The translations under genes and the position numbers were made by a program. Positions 1-10,967 of a stretch of DNA of 64,000 nt are shown here, one piece after another; within the stretch, counting starts at the first letter, position 1, and every line of letters starts with the position of its first letter. Source of the DNA: an uncultured Clostridia bacterium (lineage in GTDB: Bacteria; Bacillota; Clostridia; TANB77; CAG-508); the NCBI GenBank assembly GCA_944389475.1, contig CALXMM010000005.1, forward strand, positions 735-64,734. The letters run 5' to 3'. Under the pieces are notes generated by a model. It searched no databases, was not told the DNA's origin, and was given only the letters and a program-made list of their open reading frames with translations.

Positions 1-1
1 A

Positions 2-2254
2 CATGAAAAAAATTATTTGAAAGAAACGATAGATATTATAAAACAACAAATGAAAGTCTCAGAATCAACAATCAAAAAATTATATGATGGAACAAATTCA
101 AAAGAACCTTACGTAGTAGAGCATTTGGCAAAAATTTATACAAAGAAATTAAAAGATTTAACAAGATCTATAGATTCACCATATTTTGCAAGAATTGATT
201 TTCAGGAGGAAGGAAAAGAAGATAAAGCATTTTATATTGGAAAATGCTCTGTTTTTAATGATAATAAAGATTTGCAAGTGATTGACTGGAGGGCACCAGT
301 AGCAAGTTTATATTATGATGGGAGATTAGGAAATGTATCATATAAAGCTCCTAGTGGTGAAGTGCAAGGTAAATTGGGTTTAAAAAGAATTTATGAAATA
401 GAAAAAGGTGAATTAAAATCTTTTTCTGATGTAGATATTACAACAAACGATGAACTATTAAAACCATATTTATCTGCTTCTTCAGATAAAAGACTAAAAA
501 ATATTATTTCTACAATTCAGGCAGAACAAAATCGTATAATTAGAGCTGATTTAAAGAAACCTATAATAGTACAAGGAGTTGCGGGAAGTGGTAAAACCAC
601 AGTAGCATTACATAGAATTGCATATTTAGCCTATACTTATGAAAAAGAATTAAAACCAGAAGACTTTCTTATTATTGCTCCTAATAAATTCTTTTTAGAT
701 TATATCTCTGGAAGTTTGCCAGACTTAGGGGTAGATGATGTTTCGCAATTAACTTTTGAGGATTTTGCTAAAGAGATACTAGGGAAAGGAATAAAAATAG
801 AAAATGCTAACTCTAAACTTGCAGATATTGTTAATAACGGAAAAAACATAGATGATATTGTACAAAGAACTTCAAAATTTAAATCATCTTTAAAATATAA
901 AGAATTATTAGATTCATATTTAGAGGAAACCAATTTAGGATTTTTACCAGAAGAAGATTTAAGAATAGGAGATATAGTTATTTTATCAAAAGAAAAGTTA
1001 AAAGAAGGATTTAAAGAACATAATAAACAATTTCATAGAGAAGAAACTACTATTGATTATAGATTTAAAACTTATTTAATGAAATTAGGAAATTTTATTG
1101 AAAATAATCAAGGAATGATAGAGGGATTAATCAGGGGAAAAATACGATTAGAAATTGAAAATATGGATAAAAATTTATCAGATGAACAAAGAAAAAGGAA
1201 AAAACTAGAAATTTATGATAAATATGGTCCTTTGTTTAAAAAATTAGAAAAAGGTGGTAAGAAGTTACTTGCATCATATTCAAAAAAAGCTGGTAAGAAA
1301 TCTGCATTAGAAATATATAAGGAATTTGTTGGACAATTAGAAAAACAAAGCAATGGAACGATTTCGCAAGAAATAGTAATACAAATACAACAAAAATTAT
1401 TAGCAAATCCACGTAGTAAAGAAGTAGAGTATGAAGATTTAGCGCCACTTATGTATATTCAACACAAAATAAAAGGTTCAAAAATTGCTAAAAGTGCTAA
1501 GCATATTGTTATTGATGAGGCACAAGACTATAGCGAATTTCAATTTGCAACATTAAAAGATATCCTACAAAATGAAAGCATGACAATATTGGGCGATGTA
1601 GCACAAGGAATCTATTCTTATAGAGGAACAAATGATTGGAATAAAGTAAATGATGACATTTTTGATGGAAAAGCCGAAATTTTACAGTTAGGGAAAAGTT
1701 ATCGTACAACTATGGGAATTATGGAAAAAGGAAATGATGTAATTGATAAAATAAGAGATAGAATAAATGTTAAATTAGGAGAGCCTGTAATAAGAAAAGG
1801 AGAGCCAGTAACTATTGAAAAACATAGTGACAAAGAACTAGTGGACACAATAACTAATAGAACAAACGAACTTTTAGAGTCTAATAAAAAAAATATTGCT
1901 ATCATAACAAAAACTTTACCAGAAGCTACAAAGTTATATAAAAAATTACAAAAAAATAAATTGACAGTAAATCTTATTTCTGATAAAGCAACAGAATATA
2001 AAGGTGGAATAAGTGTTATACCATCTTATTTATCAAAGGGATTAGAATTTGATTCTGTCATATTATCAGATGCTAGTAAAGAAGAATATGGAAATAATGA
2101 ATTAGATGCTAAGTTATTATATGTTGCTATTACTAGGGCAATGCATACTTTGGATATATATTATACTAGGGAAAGATCAGAATTGTTAAGGGAAAGAAAA
2201 AGAGAGAATAGAGATAATAAAAATATTATAGAGCTAGAAGGAGAAGAAAGGTAA
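2..2254 (+). CDS. helD: HelD-type UvrD-family helicase (RNA polymerase-associated), 5' end truncated by the window edge
   Basis: The frame is open from nt 2, so the TTG at 17 is probably not the true start. It has a HelD-like N-terminal region (SPYFARIDF, VIDWRAPVASLYY), a Walker A motif (GVAGSGKTT), and IVIDEAQDY and KGLEFD helicase motifs. Confidence 0.8.
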   Translation, partial: HEKNYLKETIDIIKQQMKVSESTIKKLYDGTNSKEPYVVEHLAKIYTKKLKDLTRSIDSPYFARIDFQEEGKEDKAFYIGKCSVFNDNKDLQVIDWRAPVASLYYDGRLGNVSYKAPSGEVQGKLGLKRIYEIEKGELKSFSDVDITTNDELLKPYLSASSDKRLKNIISTIQAEQNRIIRADLKKPIIVQGVAGSGKTTVALHRIAYLAYTYEKELKPEDFLIIAPNKFFLDYISGSLPDLGVDDVSQLTFEDFAKEILGKGIKIENANSKLADIVNNGKNIDDIVQRTSKFKSSLKYKELLDSYLEETNLGFLPEEDLRIGDIVILSKEKLKEGFKEHNKQFHREETTIDYRFKTYLMKLGNFIENNQGMIEGLIRGKIRLEIENMDKNLSDEQRKRKKLEIYDKYGPLFKKLEKGGKKLLASYSKKAGKKSALEIYKEFVGQLEKQSNGTISQEIVIQIQQKLLANPRSKEVEYEDLAPLMYIQHKIKGSKIAKSAKHIVIDEAQDYSEFQFATLKDILQNESMTILGDVAQGIYSYRGTNDWNKVNDDIFDGKAEILQLGKSYRTTMGIMEKGNDVIDKIRDRINVKLGEPVIRKGEPVTIEKHSDKELVDTITNRTNELLESNKKNIAIITKTLPEATKLYKKLQKNKLTVNLISDKATEYKGGISVIPSYLSKGLEFDSVILSDASKEEYGNNELDAKLLYVAITRAMHTLDIYYTRERSELLRERKRENRDNKNIIELEGEER

Positions 2255-2558
2255 TAGTATTATATAAAAATACACAATTAAATACTTATGTAAGATTTTG
2301 TTTACGATTGAACAATAATATAGTAAATTTTTTTGATAATAAATATGTCAATAAGTTCAAGAAACTATATATTTACCAATTAAAATAGATAATAATAAGA
2401 ACAAAAAAGGTATATGTTTTTAATGTGATATAAAGGGGAAAAATAAAAAAGAAATGATAATGCCAATTATCTCAATTCTTGAAATATTAGTTTACTAAGA
2501 AATAACCCAAAATATAATTAAGTGAAATAGGTTTATACTATCATTTTTGTAATAAAAA

Positions 2559-2587
2559 TTGACATCAAATAAAAAGAGTAATATAAT
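2559..2587 (+). promoter_or_regulatory. Sigma-A-type promoter candidate ahead of the sugar cluster
   Basis: TTGACA (2559-2564), a 17-nt spacer, then TATAAT (2582-2587). This would leave a leader of about 180 nt before the NUDIX gene. Confidence 0.45.
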
Positions 2588-2767
2588 TTGAAAAATAAAA
2601 CAATTTAGTTTAACATAATTTATATGATTAATTGTAACAAGAAAACTAATAAAATATTAAGCAAGAGAAGAAAAGAATACATGACTATTAAAAGTATTAT
2701 TTAGGATTTATCAACATAATTTATAGCTTACAAATAAATTAATTAAAAACTAATGAAGGAGAATGTA

Positions 2768-3271
2768 ATGGAAAAAGTAAATATTTATAATAGAAATAGA
2801 GAGATCACTAATAAAATAAAAGAAAGAAATAATTTAGATGAAGGTGAATATAGAATTTCTGCTCATATATGGATTGTGGATTCAAAAAATAGATTATTGA
2901 TACAAAAAAGAACAGCAAATTCAAAAAAATTTCCAAACATGTGGTCTCAAACTGCTGGTGGGGTTATAGCAGGAGAAAATAGTAAAGAAGCTGTAAAACG
3001 TGAATCTAAGGAAGAATTAAATTTAGAAGTAAAAGATAATGAAATATATTATATAGGTAGTTATGTAAGAAAGAAAGATATTGTTGATGTTTGGCTTGTA
3101 AAAAAAGAAATAGAAATAGGTAACTTAAAACTTCAAGAAGATGAAGTGGCTGATGTTAAATGTGTAACATTTCATGAATTTGAAAAGATGATAAAGAGTG
3201 GAATAGTTGTTCCTTCAATTAATCCATCTTATATGCTAATTAAGAATTATTTTTATAATTTTAATGGGTGA
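2768..3271 (+). CDS. NUDIX hydrolase
   Basis: Nudix box GGVIAGENSKEAVKRESKEELNL. AAGGAG sits upstream of the ATG at 2768, which is preferred over the ORF-track ATG at 2753. Confidence 0.8.
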   Translation: MEKVNIYNRNREITNKIKERNNLDEGEYRISAHIWIVDSKNRLLIQKRTANSKKFPNMWSQTAGGVIAGENSKEAVKRESKEELNLEVKDNEIYYIGSYVRKKDIVDVWLVKKEIEIGNLKLQEDEVADVKCVTFHEFEKMIKSGIVVPSINPSYMLIKNYFYNFNG

Positions 3272-4725
3272 TAAAAATGGATAATAAATTTTTCGAGATA
3301 GAGGAAAAAGAAAGGCTATTTGAAAGAAAAATAGATGATTTTTATTATTGGCAAGCTCTAAGAAGACAGATTATTTTTGATATTACATTAACAAAAAATA
3401 ATGCTTCATTAAAAAAATGGAAAGATAAATTTTCTTTAGAATCAAGGTTAATTAATTTTAAATATTTATCACGTTATATAATAAAAAAGGAAAAAGATAT
3501 TGATATATTGCTAGTTGCTGATCCAAGAAGAATATTAAATAAAGATAAAAAATACGAAAATATTTTTATAGATAATATAAATATTTTTTTATCTAAATAT
3601 TATAAAACTCTGATAATAGAAGAACCATCTTATATGGCATGGATGTATGCTCAACCACCACATCTTGTCCCAACAATGTCAAAAAACATTAAATATACAG
3701 ATTTAATAGACTTAAAATGTCCAATTTATAGGATATTTTTAAAACTTTTCAAGAGAAAAGTTTATAAACAATTTTTAGATGAAATTGATTATATTATAAA
3801 AATTTTTGATAGAGAATATAATATAGATTTAACTTTTAGAAAAGAAATATATTTATATTCATTAGAAATATATTATTTGATGAGGAAATCATATGAAAAA
3901 GTTATTAATAAGATTAATCCTAAAATAGTATTATTTAATTATAAGCCTACAGAAGTTAAAGCATTAATAAATTTAATATGCAAAAAGGGAAAAATACCAA
4001 CGGTAAATTTGCAACATGGCGTGATTTCTAAGGATTTATCAGTCGAAATGCAGACTAACAGGGAAAAACTTGATACATTTCCTGACTATTTATTTGCATT
4101 TGGAGAAATATTATCACAGTGCCCTAGTAAAATATATAATGAAAACAATATAAAATATATTGGGCATCCATATTTAGAAAACAAATTAAAAACTAAGATT
4201 GAAAAACCGAATTTCATGAAAGAAGGATATAAGTATATTTTAATTGTTTCGCAGGAAGTAATAGGAAAAGAATTTTCTAAATTTACAAGTATTCTAGCAG
4301 ATAAATTAAAAAACAAGAAAGAATATAAAATAATATTTAAATATCATCCAGCAGAATTTAATAGAGATTATAAAAATTTGAAAAAAAGTAATATAATAGA
4401 AATTAAAAGTTTAAAATATGATATTTATTCTATACAAAAGTATTCATATATTCAAGTTGGTTCTTATAGTACAGGTTTGTATGAAGGGATTATATTTGAT
4501 TTGCCAACTGTAGTAATAGATGGATTGTATGGATCAGATAATACTATAGAAACTTTAAGATTTATGAAAGAAGGTTTTTATGTAATAAAAAATGCAGATG
4601 AGTTGGTTGATCTAATTAGATTTAAAAAAATTAAAAAACCTGATAATGATGATATACAGAGAATTTGGAAAAAAGATAGTTATAATAATTTATTGAAAGA
4701 AATAAGGAAAATACTTAGATATTGA
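3268..4725 (+). CDS. Uncharacterised 485-aa protein, possibly a GT-B-like surface-carbohydrate or nonulosonate transferase family protein
   Basis: A long ORF whose start overlaps the NUDIX stop by 4 nt (translational coupling). The function is suggested only by its position in a NeuB/NeuA-type cluster and by a Rossmann-like C-terminal half (ILIVSQE..KYHPAE..VGSYSTGLYEG). Confidence 0.35.
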   Translation: MIKMDNKFFEIEEKERLFERKIDDFYYWQALRRQIIFDITLTKNNASLKKWKDKFSLESRLINFKYLSRYIIKKEKDIDILLVADPRRILNKDKKYENIFIDNINIFLSKYYKTLIIEEPSYMAWMYAQPPHLVPTMSKNIKYTDLIDLKCPIYRIFLKLFKRKVYKQFLDEIDYIIKIFDREYNIDLTFRKEIYLYSLEIYYLMRKSYEKVINKINPKIVLFNYKPTEVKALINLICKKGKIPTVNLQHGVISKDLSVEMQTNREKLDTFPDYLFAFGEILSQCPSKIYNENNIKYIGHPYLENKLKTKIEKPNFMKEGYKYILIVSQEVIGKEFSKFTSILADKLKNKKEYKIIFKYHPAEFNRDYKNLKKSNIIEIKSLKYDIYSIQKYSYIQVGSYSTGLYEGIIFDLPTVVIDGLYGSDNTIETLRFMKEGFYVIKNADELVDLIRFKKIKKPDNDDIQRIWKKDSYNNLLKEIRKILRY

Positions 4726-4794
4726 CAAAATAAGATTGAAATGGTATTATTTTACTGTAAATTGCAGCTTTTTTATATAGAAAGGACTATTTCT

Positions 4795-5235
4795 ATGAAG
4801 TGCATAGGAATTATCTGGAATTCAGCTTTTCCGTATAGAAAGGAAATGACAGAAATAATTTCTAAATATGCAATATCTATTGGTAGGCAATTTGAAATTA
4901 ATTTAGACAATCAATATAATGACTTTGTAAGGGAAATCTATAATGGTGAAGATATAGAAAATTGGAAAATAGAATCCAAAATTTCACATATGGAAAATAA
5001 TCCAAACAAAGAAGTATATATTGTTTTTTTCGAAATTGATTCAAAAGCTCAGCGATATCATACTAAGAAGAAAAAAATTGTCTATGCTAAATTGCAAGAT
5101 TTAAAAGACTTGTTAAGAAATTCCTATAAGGAAAAAGTAGATAATTATTTTTTTGATATTATTTTTCATTGCACTGAAACAAATAGTGAATTTGATAAGT
5201 GTAATGAGGTTATAAAAAAATATATATCTAATTAG
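4795..5235 (+). CDS. Hypothetical protein (146 aa from the internal ATG)
   Basis: An ORF inside the sugar cluster. GAAAGGA lies upstream of the ATG at 4795. No motif was recognised. Confidence 0.45.
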   Translation: MKCIGIIWNSAFPYRKEMTEIISKYAISIGRQFEINLDNQYNDFVREIYNGEDIENWKIESKISHMENNPNKEVYIVFFEIDSKAQRYHTKKKKIVYAKLQDLKDLLRNSYKEKVDNYFFDIIFHCTETNSEFDKCNEVIKKYISN

Positions 5236-5319
5236 TATGAAATTTGAACTAGCCCAAGAGAATAGTAAATATTGATTAATATTTGCTATTCTCTTAAATA
5301 TTATATAAGAGGTGAAAAA

Positions 5320-6183
5320 ATGAAAAAATGTAATTTGATATTAGAAATGTGTTGTAATCATCAAGGTAATTTAGAAAATGCAAAAAGAATGATATATGTT
5401 GCTAAATATTTTTGTGATGCAAAAATTGTTAAGTTTCAAAAGAGAGATATTCAAACATGGGCAGAAAGGAAACCGGAAGTATACAATAATCCACATCCAG
5501 TGAAAGAAAATTCCTTTGGAAAAACATATAAAGAGCATAGAGAGTTTTTAGAGTTTTCAGTAAATCAACATAAAGAATTAAAGGAATTATGTGATAGCTT
5601 AAATATGATATATTCTTGTTCGGTATTTGATATAATTTCTGCAAAACAAATAATTAGTTTAAATCCTAAAATTTTAAAAATACCATCTGGTTGTAATCAA
5701 AACTTTGAATTACTAAAATATTTGTGCGAAAATTATGGTGGAGAGATACATGTATCTTTAGGAATGACAAGCTATGATGATGTACAAAAAATTTTTGAGA
5801 TTTTCAAAGAGCATGGTAGAAACAAGGATTTGGTATTGTATACTTGTACATCAGCTTACCCTGTAAAACCAGAAGATATAAATTTGCTAGAAATAAGGAG
5901 ATTACATAAAAAGTATTCTTCAGAAATAAAGGGAATAGGATTTTCAGGACATCATAGTGGAATAAATGTAGATAGTGTAGCATATAGTCTAGGAGCAAAT
6001 TATATAGAGAGACATTTTACTTTGGATAGGAATCAAAAAGGTACTGACCATAAAGTAGCATTAATACCAGAAGATGCTAAAAAATTAATAGAAAATTTAG
6101 ATGAAATATATAAAGCTTATAATTATAGAAATAAAGATATTTTAGATGTAGAAAAAGATAATAAGGAGAAGTTAAAATGGTAA
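5320..6183 (+). CDS. NeuB-family nonulosonate (N-acetylneuraminate/pseudaminate-type) synthase, short form without a C-terminal SAF domain
   Basis: NeuB-like N-terminus MKKCNLILEMCCNHQGNLENAKRMI, followed by GFSGHHSG and YIERHFTLDR..GTDH. AGAGGTGA lies upstream of the ATG at 5320. The ORF ends soon after the TIM-barrel part. Confidence 0.75.
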   Translation: MKKCNLILEMCCNHQGNLENAKRMIYVAKYFCDAKIVKFQKRDIQTWAERKPEVYNNPHPVKENSFGKTYKEHREFLEFSVNQHKELKELCDSLNMIYSCSVFDIISAKQIISLNPKILKIPSGCNQNFELLKYLCENYGGEIHVSLGMTSYDDVQKIFEIFKEHGRNKDLVLYTCTSAYPVKPEDINLLEIRRLHKKYSSEIKGIGFSGHHSGINVDSVAYSLGANYIERHFTLDRNQKGTDHKVALIPEDAKKLIENLDEIYKAYNYRNKDILDVEKDNKEKLKW

Positions 6184-6887
6184 AAAATAAATATGTTGTG
6201 ATGATTCCGGCAAGAGGAGGTAGCAAGTCTATTAAACTAAAAAATATAAGGGAGATTGCAGGGCAACCGTTAATTTATTGGTCTTTAGATGCAGCTGTTA
6301 ATTGTGAGAGAGTAGAAAAAGTTTATGTGAGTACTGATTCGGAAATTATAAGGAATGTTGTAGAAAAATATGATAAAAAAAATAAAGAAAAAATTGTAGT
6401 AGTTGAAAGGAGTAAGGAAGCAGCTACTGATACTGCTACAACTGAAGATGTTGAATTTGATTTTTGCAATAGAATAAAAAATTTTGAAAATCTAATTTTA
6501 ATACAGGCCACGAATCCTATGATAACTACAAAAGACATAGATGGATGTATAGATGAATTTCCTAAATATGATAGCGTAGTTTCTACGGTTGTTCAAAAAA
6601 GATTTTACTGGGAAAAACAAAAAGATGGTAGTATAAAAGAAATAAAGCATGATATAAAAAAAAGACCTAGAAGACAAGAATGGGATGGAGTATTAGCAGA
6701 AAATGGATCAATCTATATAATTTCTCGTGAAAATTTATATAAAGGAAAGTGCAGGTTATTTGGAAAGATAGGAACTTATATTATGCCAGATGATTCATAT
6801 TATGAAATTGATGAGGAAACAGACTGGGAAATAATAGAAAAATTATTAATAGAAAGAAATAATAAAATAAAAAGCGAAAGAATGTAA
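6177..6887 (+). CDS. Acylneuraminate (CMP-nonulosonate) cytidylyltransferase family protein
   Basis: N-terminal MIPARGGSKSIKLKNI motif typical of the CMP-NeuAc/CMP-KDO synthetase family. It overlaps the synthase stop. Confidence 0.8.
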   Translation: MVKNKYVVMIPARGGSKSIKLKNIREIAGQPLIYWSLDAAVNCERVEKVYVSTDSEIIRNVVEKYDKKNKEKIVVVERSKEAATDTATTEDVEFDFCNRIKNFENLILIQATNPMITTKDIDGCIDEFPKYDSVVSTVVQKRFYWEKQKDGSIKEIKHDIKKRPRRQEWDGVLAENGSIYIISRENLYKGKCRLFGKIGTYIMPDDSYYEIDEETDWEIIEKLLIERNNKIKSERM

Positions 6888-7162
6888 AAAAAATTAAAGA
6901 GAAAATGTCAAAACTTTAATAGCTGGAAAGAATATTTTAATATAATAAAATTAAAAAAGTTGAAAATAAGTATTCTATTTTTGTGAATTAATAAAAATGA
7001 AAATATTGAATAAAATATTTATAACTTATATACATATCATATGTAAAATTAAATTTGTGACAATATGGAAACACTATATAAAGAAAGAATTTCAGACATG
7101 AGATGTTTAGAAATAAGTAAAAAAACTAATATTTTATGTAGAGAATAAAGAGTTGATATAAA

Positions 7163-7690
7163 ATGAAAGAAAAAAATAAGGCATTAGTGGAATTGTCTAA
7201 TATTCCAAATGTAAAAATATATTTTAATACAAAATGGTTCCTAAAACATTCTATGGGAGAAAATATGAATATAGCAGATATAATGATTAGAATTTTAGCT
7301 ATAGAAAATTATTATGGAAAAAATGACTTTGGATTTAAATTATATAATAAAATGCAAAATATTAGAGTAAGTTCAAATCCATTAATACCGCAAATTAGAG
7401 CAAATAATGAAGAAAGATTTAGAAAAATTATAAAAAGTTTTGAAAAAAATAATTTTATAGAAGATTATCCTATTATTATAAATGAGGATTTCAAATTATT
7501 TAATGGAACACATAGACTGGCTTGTTCGTTATTTTTTGATATAAAGCAAATTCCAGTCAAATTTGAAGAAAGAACTATTGAGAAACATCCAGATTATTCT
7601 TTAGAATGGTTTGAAAAGGTAGGTCTAGGAAACTACATACCTATTATAAAAAAGAAATATAAAGAAATAATAGGGGGAGAATATGAATAA
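7163..7690 (+). CDS. Hypothetical protein, possibly ParB/sulfiredoxin-like fold
   Basis: The FNGTHRLACS motif resembles the DGxHR motif of ParB-like nuclease domains. This is the only support. Confidence 0.3.
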   Translation: MKEKNKALVELSNIPNVKIYFNTKWFLKHSMGENMNIADIMIRILAIENYYGKNDFGFKLYNKMQNIRVSSNPLIPQIRANNEERFRKIIKSFEKNNFIEDYPIIINEDFKLFNGTHRLACSLFFDIKQIPVKFEERTIEKHPDYSLEWFEKVGLGNYIPIIKKKYKEIIGGEYE

Positions 7691-8714
7691 AGATATAGAA
7701 GAGAGAATAAATAAAATAACAAATAACAAAGATGAAAAGATATATCCAAGTATACCTAGAAATATGTTAATTGAATGTTCTAATATATGTAATTTGTCAT
7801 GTATATTTTGTGCTAATAGAAAAATGACACGCCCAAAAGGGAAGATTTCTCTAGATTTTGTAAAAAGAATTTTAAATGAAGCATTTGAATTAGGGGTAAA
7901 AGAAGTTGGATATTACACTACGGGAGAACCATTAATAAATGAAGAACTAGAAAAATACATATATATTGCTAAAAATAAGGGATATGAGTATATATATATT
8001 ACTACTAATGGAATATTAGCCAATATTGAAAGAATAAAAAAGTTAGTAAAAGAGGGATTGAATAGCATAAAGTTTTCTATTAATGCAATAAATGAGAAAG
8101 ATTATATATTAATACATGGCAAAAACATGTATAATCTTGTAATGAATAATTTAAAGGAAGTTTATAAATGGAGAAATGATAATAATATCAATTTAAAAAT
8201 TTATGTTTCATATATATCAACTAAGTATACAGAATATGATATAGAGACAATAGAAAATAACTTTAAAGAATTTTGTGATAAGGTTTTAATAACAAATGTT
8301 AGAAATCAATCAGGATTAGTTCCAGAAATAGTAGGAAACCTAGAAAATAAAAATGAAAGTAATAAAATAAAAGGAAAGAGAAATTTACCTTGTTATTATC
8401 CTTTTAATACGATTTGTATTACTTTAGAAGGATATATCACAGCATGTTGTACTGATTTTCAAAACTATTTGGCATATGCTAATCTAAATAAGATGTCGTT
8501 AAAAGAAGCGTGGTATTCAAGTATTATAACAGATTTAAGAAAACAGCATATTTCTGGAAAATTAAAAAATAATTTGTGCTATAATTGTATATATAATAGC
8601 TTAAAAGTACCTGAGCCACTTAAAGATGATTTAGCAACTAAATTTAATGAACAATTGTTGCTAGATAATAAATATATGAAGTCTCAATTAAAAAAATATT
8701 GTCAAAAATATTAA
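7683..8714 (+). CDS. Radical SAM enzyme with C-terminal SPASM-like Cys cluster
   Basis: CxxxCxxC motif (CSNICNLSCIFCAN) and C-terminal Cys motifs (CYYPF..ACCTDF..CYNC). It overlaps the upstream ORF by 8 nt. Confidence 0.85.
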   Translation: MNKDIEERINKITNNKDEKIYPSIPRNMLIECSNICNLSCIFCANRKMTRPKGKISLDFVKRILNEAFELGVKEVGYYTTGEPLINEELEKYIYIAKNKGYEYIYITTNGILANIERIKKLVKEGLNSIKFSINAINEKDYILIHGKNMYNLVMNNLKEVYKWRNDNNINLKIYVSYISTKYTEYDIETIENNFKEFCDKVLITNVRNQSGLVPEIVGNLENKNESNKIKGKRNLPCYYPFNTICITLEGYITACCTDFQNYLAYANLNKMSLKEAWYSSIITDLRKQHISGKLKNNLCYNCIYNSLKVPEPLKDDLATKFNEQLLLDNKYMKSQLKKYCQKY

Positions 8715-8949
8715 TTTTATACAGTAATAAAACTGGTGGTTATGATTATGAATGAAAATATCAAAGTTAATATATTTGATGTTACAGTAATTTTTACAAT
8801 TATACAAAAAACAAACTTAACATGAATAAGTTTTATAAAAAGAGTAAAAAAATAATAATTGGAATAATAACTAATTTTACAATAAGAAAAAAGTAGTGGA
8901 GACTATGTATATGCACTTGCCAGATTTACTAAGACTGATCTTTTAATTA

Positions 8950-8990
8950 GGGGCTGATAGTTACGAATATGTATCTGTCAGCTCCTTTAT
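8950..8990 (+). terminator. Rho-independent terminator candidate
   Basis: Hairpin GGGGCTGATAG / CTGTCAGCTCC with two G-U pairs that work only in the + sense, followed by TTTATT. Confidence 0.5.
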
Positions 8991-9047
8991 TGTAAAACTA
9001 TAAAATCCAAAAATTGGAAAAATCTACAGAAAAAAATTATTGTAAAC

Positions 9048-9077
9048 TTGACTTATGTGTAAGTAAGAATATATAAT
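9048..9077 (+). promoter_or_regulatory. Sigma-A-type promoter candidate for gatCAB
   Basis: TTGACT (9048-9053), an 18-nt spacer, then TATAAT (9072-9077). Confidence 0.5.
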
Positions 9078-9109
9078 AATGAGCAGATGAAACGCAAGGA
9101 GATGAGTTT

Positions 9110-9406
9110 ATGAGCGAAAAGAAAGTAAGTAAAGAAGATTTATTACATATTGCAAAACTAGCAGACCTAAATATTAAAGAGGAAGAAACAGATAAATATT
9201 TAGAAAATTTACAAGAGATTTTAAATTTTGCAGATGTAATAAATAATGCAGATGTAAGTAATTTAGATATTACTATAGGAGCCTATGAAAATACAAATGT
9301 ATTTAGAAAAGATGAAGTAAAAGAATTTGGAGATTTGAATGCATTATTACAAAATGCACCGGAAAAAGAACAAAATATGTTTAAAATACCAAAAGTTATT
9401 AATTAA
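9110..9406 (+). CDS. gatC: Asp/Glu-tRNA amidotransferase subunit C
   Basis: A 98-aa protein with a typical GatC sequence (VSKEDLLHIAKLADLNI..) directly upstream of gatA and gatB. Confidence 0.93.
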   Translation: MSEKKVSKEDLLHIAKLADLNIKEEETDKYLENLQEILNFADVINNADVSNLDITIGAYENTNVFRKDEVKEFGDLNALLQNAPEKEQNMFKIPKVIN

Positions 9407-9482
9407 CTAGCAAAGATAATGTGTAGTACTCTATAAAAAAGAAGATAAGGCGTTATCAAAAAAGGCAGAAGGAGGCAAGATA

Positions 9483-10952
9483 ATGGATATTACTGAATTA
9501 ACAGTGCACGAGCTTAAAGAAAAATTAGCAAAAAAAGAATTAACAAGTTATGAAATTACAAAAGCATATTCAGATAGAATAAAAGAAAAAGAACCAGATG
9601 TACAAGCTTTTGTTACAACATTGGATGATGATGCTGTAGAAAAAGCAAAAGAAATGGATAAAAAAATTGAGAATGGAGAAGTAGAATCAAAATTGGCAGG
9701 TATTCCCATAGGAATAAAAGATAATATCTGTACAAAAGGGATAAAAACAACTTGTTCATCTAGAATGTTAGAGAACTTCATCTCACCATATGATGCAACA
9801 GTTATGGAGAAAATAAATAATGAAGGACTTATAAATTTAGGAAAATTAAATATGGATGAATTTGCAATGGGTGGTTCTACAGAACATTCATATTTCCACG
9901 TTACAAGAAATCCTTGGAATTTAAATAAAGTACCAGGAGGTTCTTCTGGAGGTTCTGCTGCAGCAGTAGCAGCAGGTATGGTTCCATGGGCACTAGGTAC
10001 GGATACAGGAGGATCTATAAGAGAACCTGCAGCATTTTGTGGTGTTGTTGGTTTAAAACCTACATATGGATTGGTTTCTAGATATGGTATTGTTGCTTTC
10101 GCATCTTCATTGGATCAAGTTGGACCAATAACAAAGGATGTAAGAGACTGTGCAATGCTTTTAAATATAATTGCAGGACACGATAAAATGGATACTACAT
10201 CTGTAGATAGACCAAAGGTAGACTATACTAAAGCTTTAAAAAATGATGTAAAAGGATTAAAGATTGCTGTTCCAAAAGAATTCTTTGGAGAAGGAATAAA
10301 TGAAGAAGTAAAAGCAAAATTAGAAGAAGCTATGGAAACATATAAGGAATTAGGAGCAGAAGTAACAGAAGTATCCTTAGATATTGCTGAATATGCATTA
10401 GCTACATATTATATAATTGCCTGTGCTGAAGCTAGTTCTAATTTAGGAAGATTTGATGGAGTTAGATATGGTCATAGAGCAAAAGAATATAGTAATTTAA
10501 AGGAATTATATAGAAATTCTAGAACAGAAGGTTTTGGAGAAGAGGTAAAGAGAAGAATAATATTAGGAACATATGTATTAAGTTCTGGATATTATGATGC
10601 TTATTATAAAAAAGCACAACAAGTTCGTACATTAGTAATGAATGAATTTAAGAAAATCTTTGATGAATATGATGTTATTTTAACACCAACATCACCAACA
10701 GTTGCTTTTGATATTGGTTCAAAGATAAATGACCCACTTGCAATGTATTTAGCTGATATTTGTACAGTATCTGTAAATATTGCAGGACTTCCAGGAATTT
10801 CTATTCCTTGTGGTGTTGATAGTACTGGAATGCCAGTTGGAATGCAATTAATAGGAAATAGATTTGCAGAAGAAACATTACTAAATACTGCATATACATT
10901 TGAACAAAAAATAAAATTTAGTGAGAAATATAAACCAGAATTCAAGAAATAG
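9483..10952 (+). CDS. gatA: Asp/Glu-tRNA amidotransferase subunit A (amidase family)
   Basis: Amidase signature [23 protein letters not shown], with GatA-like length and context. Confidence 0.95.
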   Translation: MDITELTVHELKEKLAKKELTSYEITKAYSDRIKEKEPDVQAFVTTLDDDAVEKAKEMDKKIENGEVESKLAGIPIGIKDNICTKGIKTTCSSRMLENFISPYDATVMEKINNEGLINLGKLNMDEFAMGGSTEHSYFHVTRNPWNLNKVPGGSSGGSAAAVAAGMVPWALGTDTGGSIREPAAFCGVVGLKPTYGLVSRYGIVAFASSLDQVGPITKDVRDCAMLLNIIAGHDKMDTTSVDRPKVDYTKALKNDVKGLKIAVPKEFFGEGINEEVKAKLEEAMETYKELGAEVTEVSLDIAEYALATYYIIACAEASSNLGRFDGVRYGHRAKEYSNLKELYRNSRTEGFGEEVKRRIILGTYVLSSGYYDAYYKKAQQVRTLVMNEFKKIFDEYDVILTPTSPTVAFDIGSKINDPLAMYLADICTVSVNIAGLPGISIPCGVDSTGMPVGMQLIGNRFAEETLLNTAYTFEQKIKFSEKYKPEFKK

Positions 10953-10967
10953 TAAGGAGGAAAAATA

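Noticed and set aside
17-19. TTG at 17 as the true start of the helicase
   Set aside because: The frame is open to the first base of the window. HelD homologues have additional N-terminal residues before the SPYFxRIDF region. The gene is more likely truncated by the window.
8747-8830. 27-codon ORF (MIMNENIKVNIFDV..) after the radical SAM gene
   Set aside because: It has no RBS and is very short with an AT-driven sequence. It is indistinguishable from chance.
8715-9109. T-box or other leader riboswitch upstream of gatCAB
   Set aside because: ACTGGTGGTTATG at about 8733 only vaguely resembles the T-box sequence and lies about 200 nt before the only good hairpin. The promoter-like TTGACT/TATAAT lies downstream of that hairpin. 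No specifier or antiterminator arrangement could be built.
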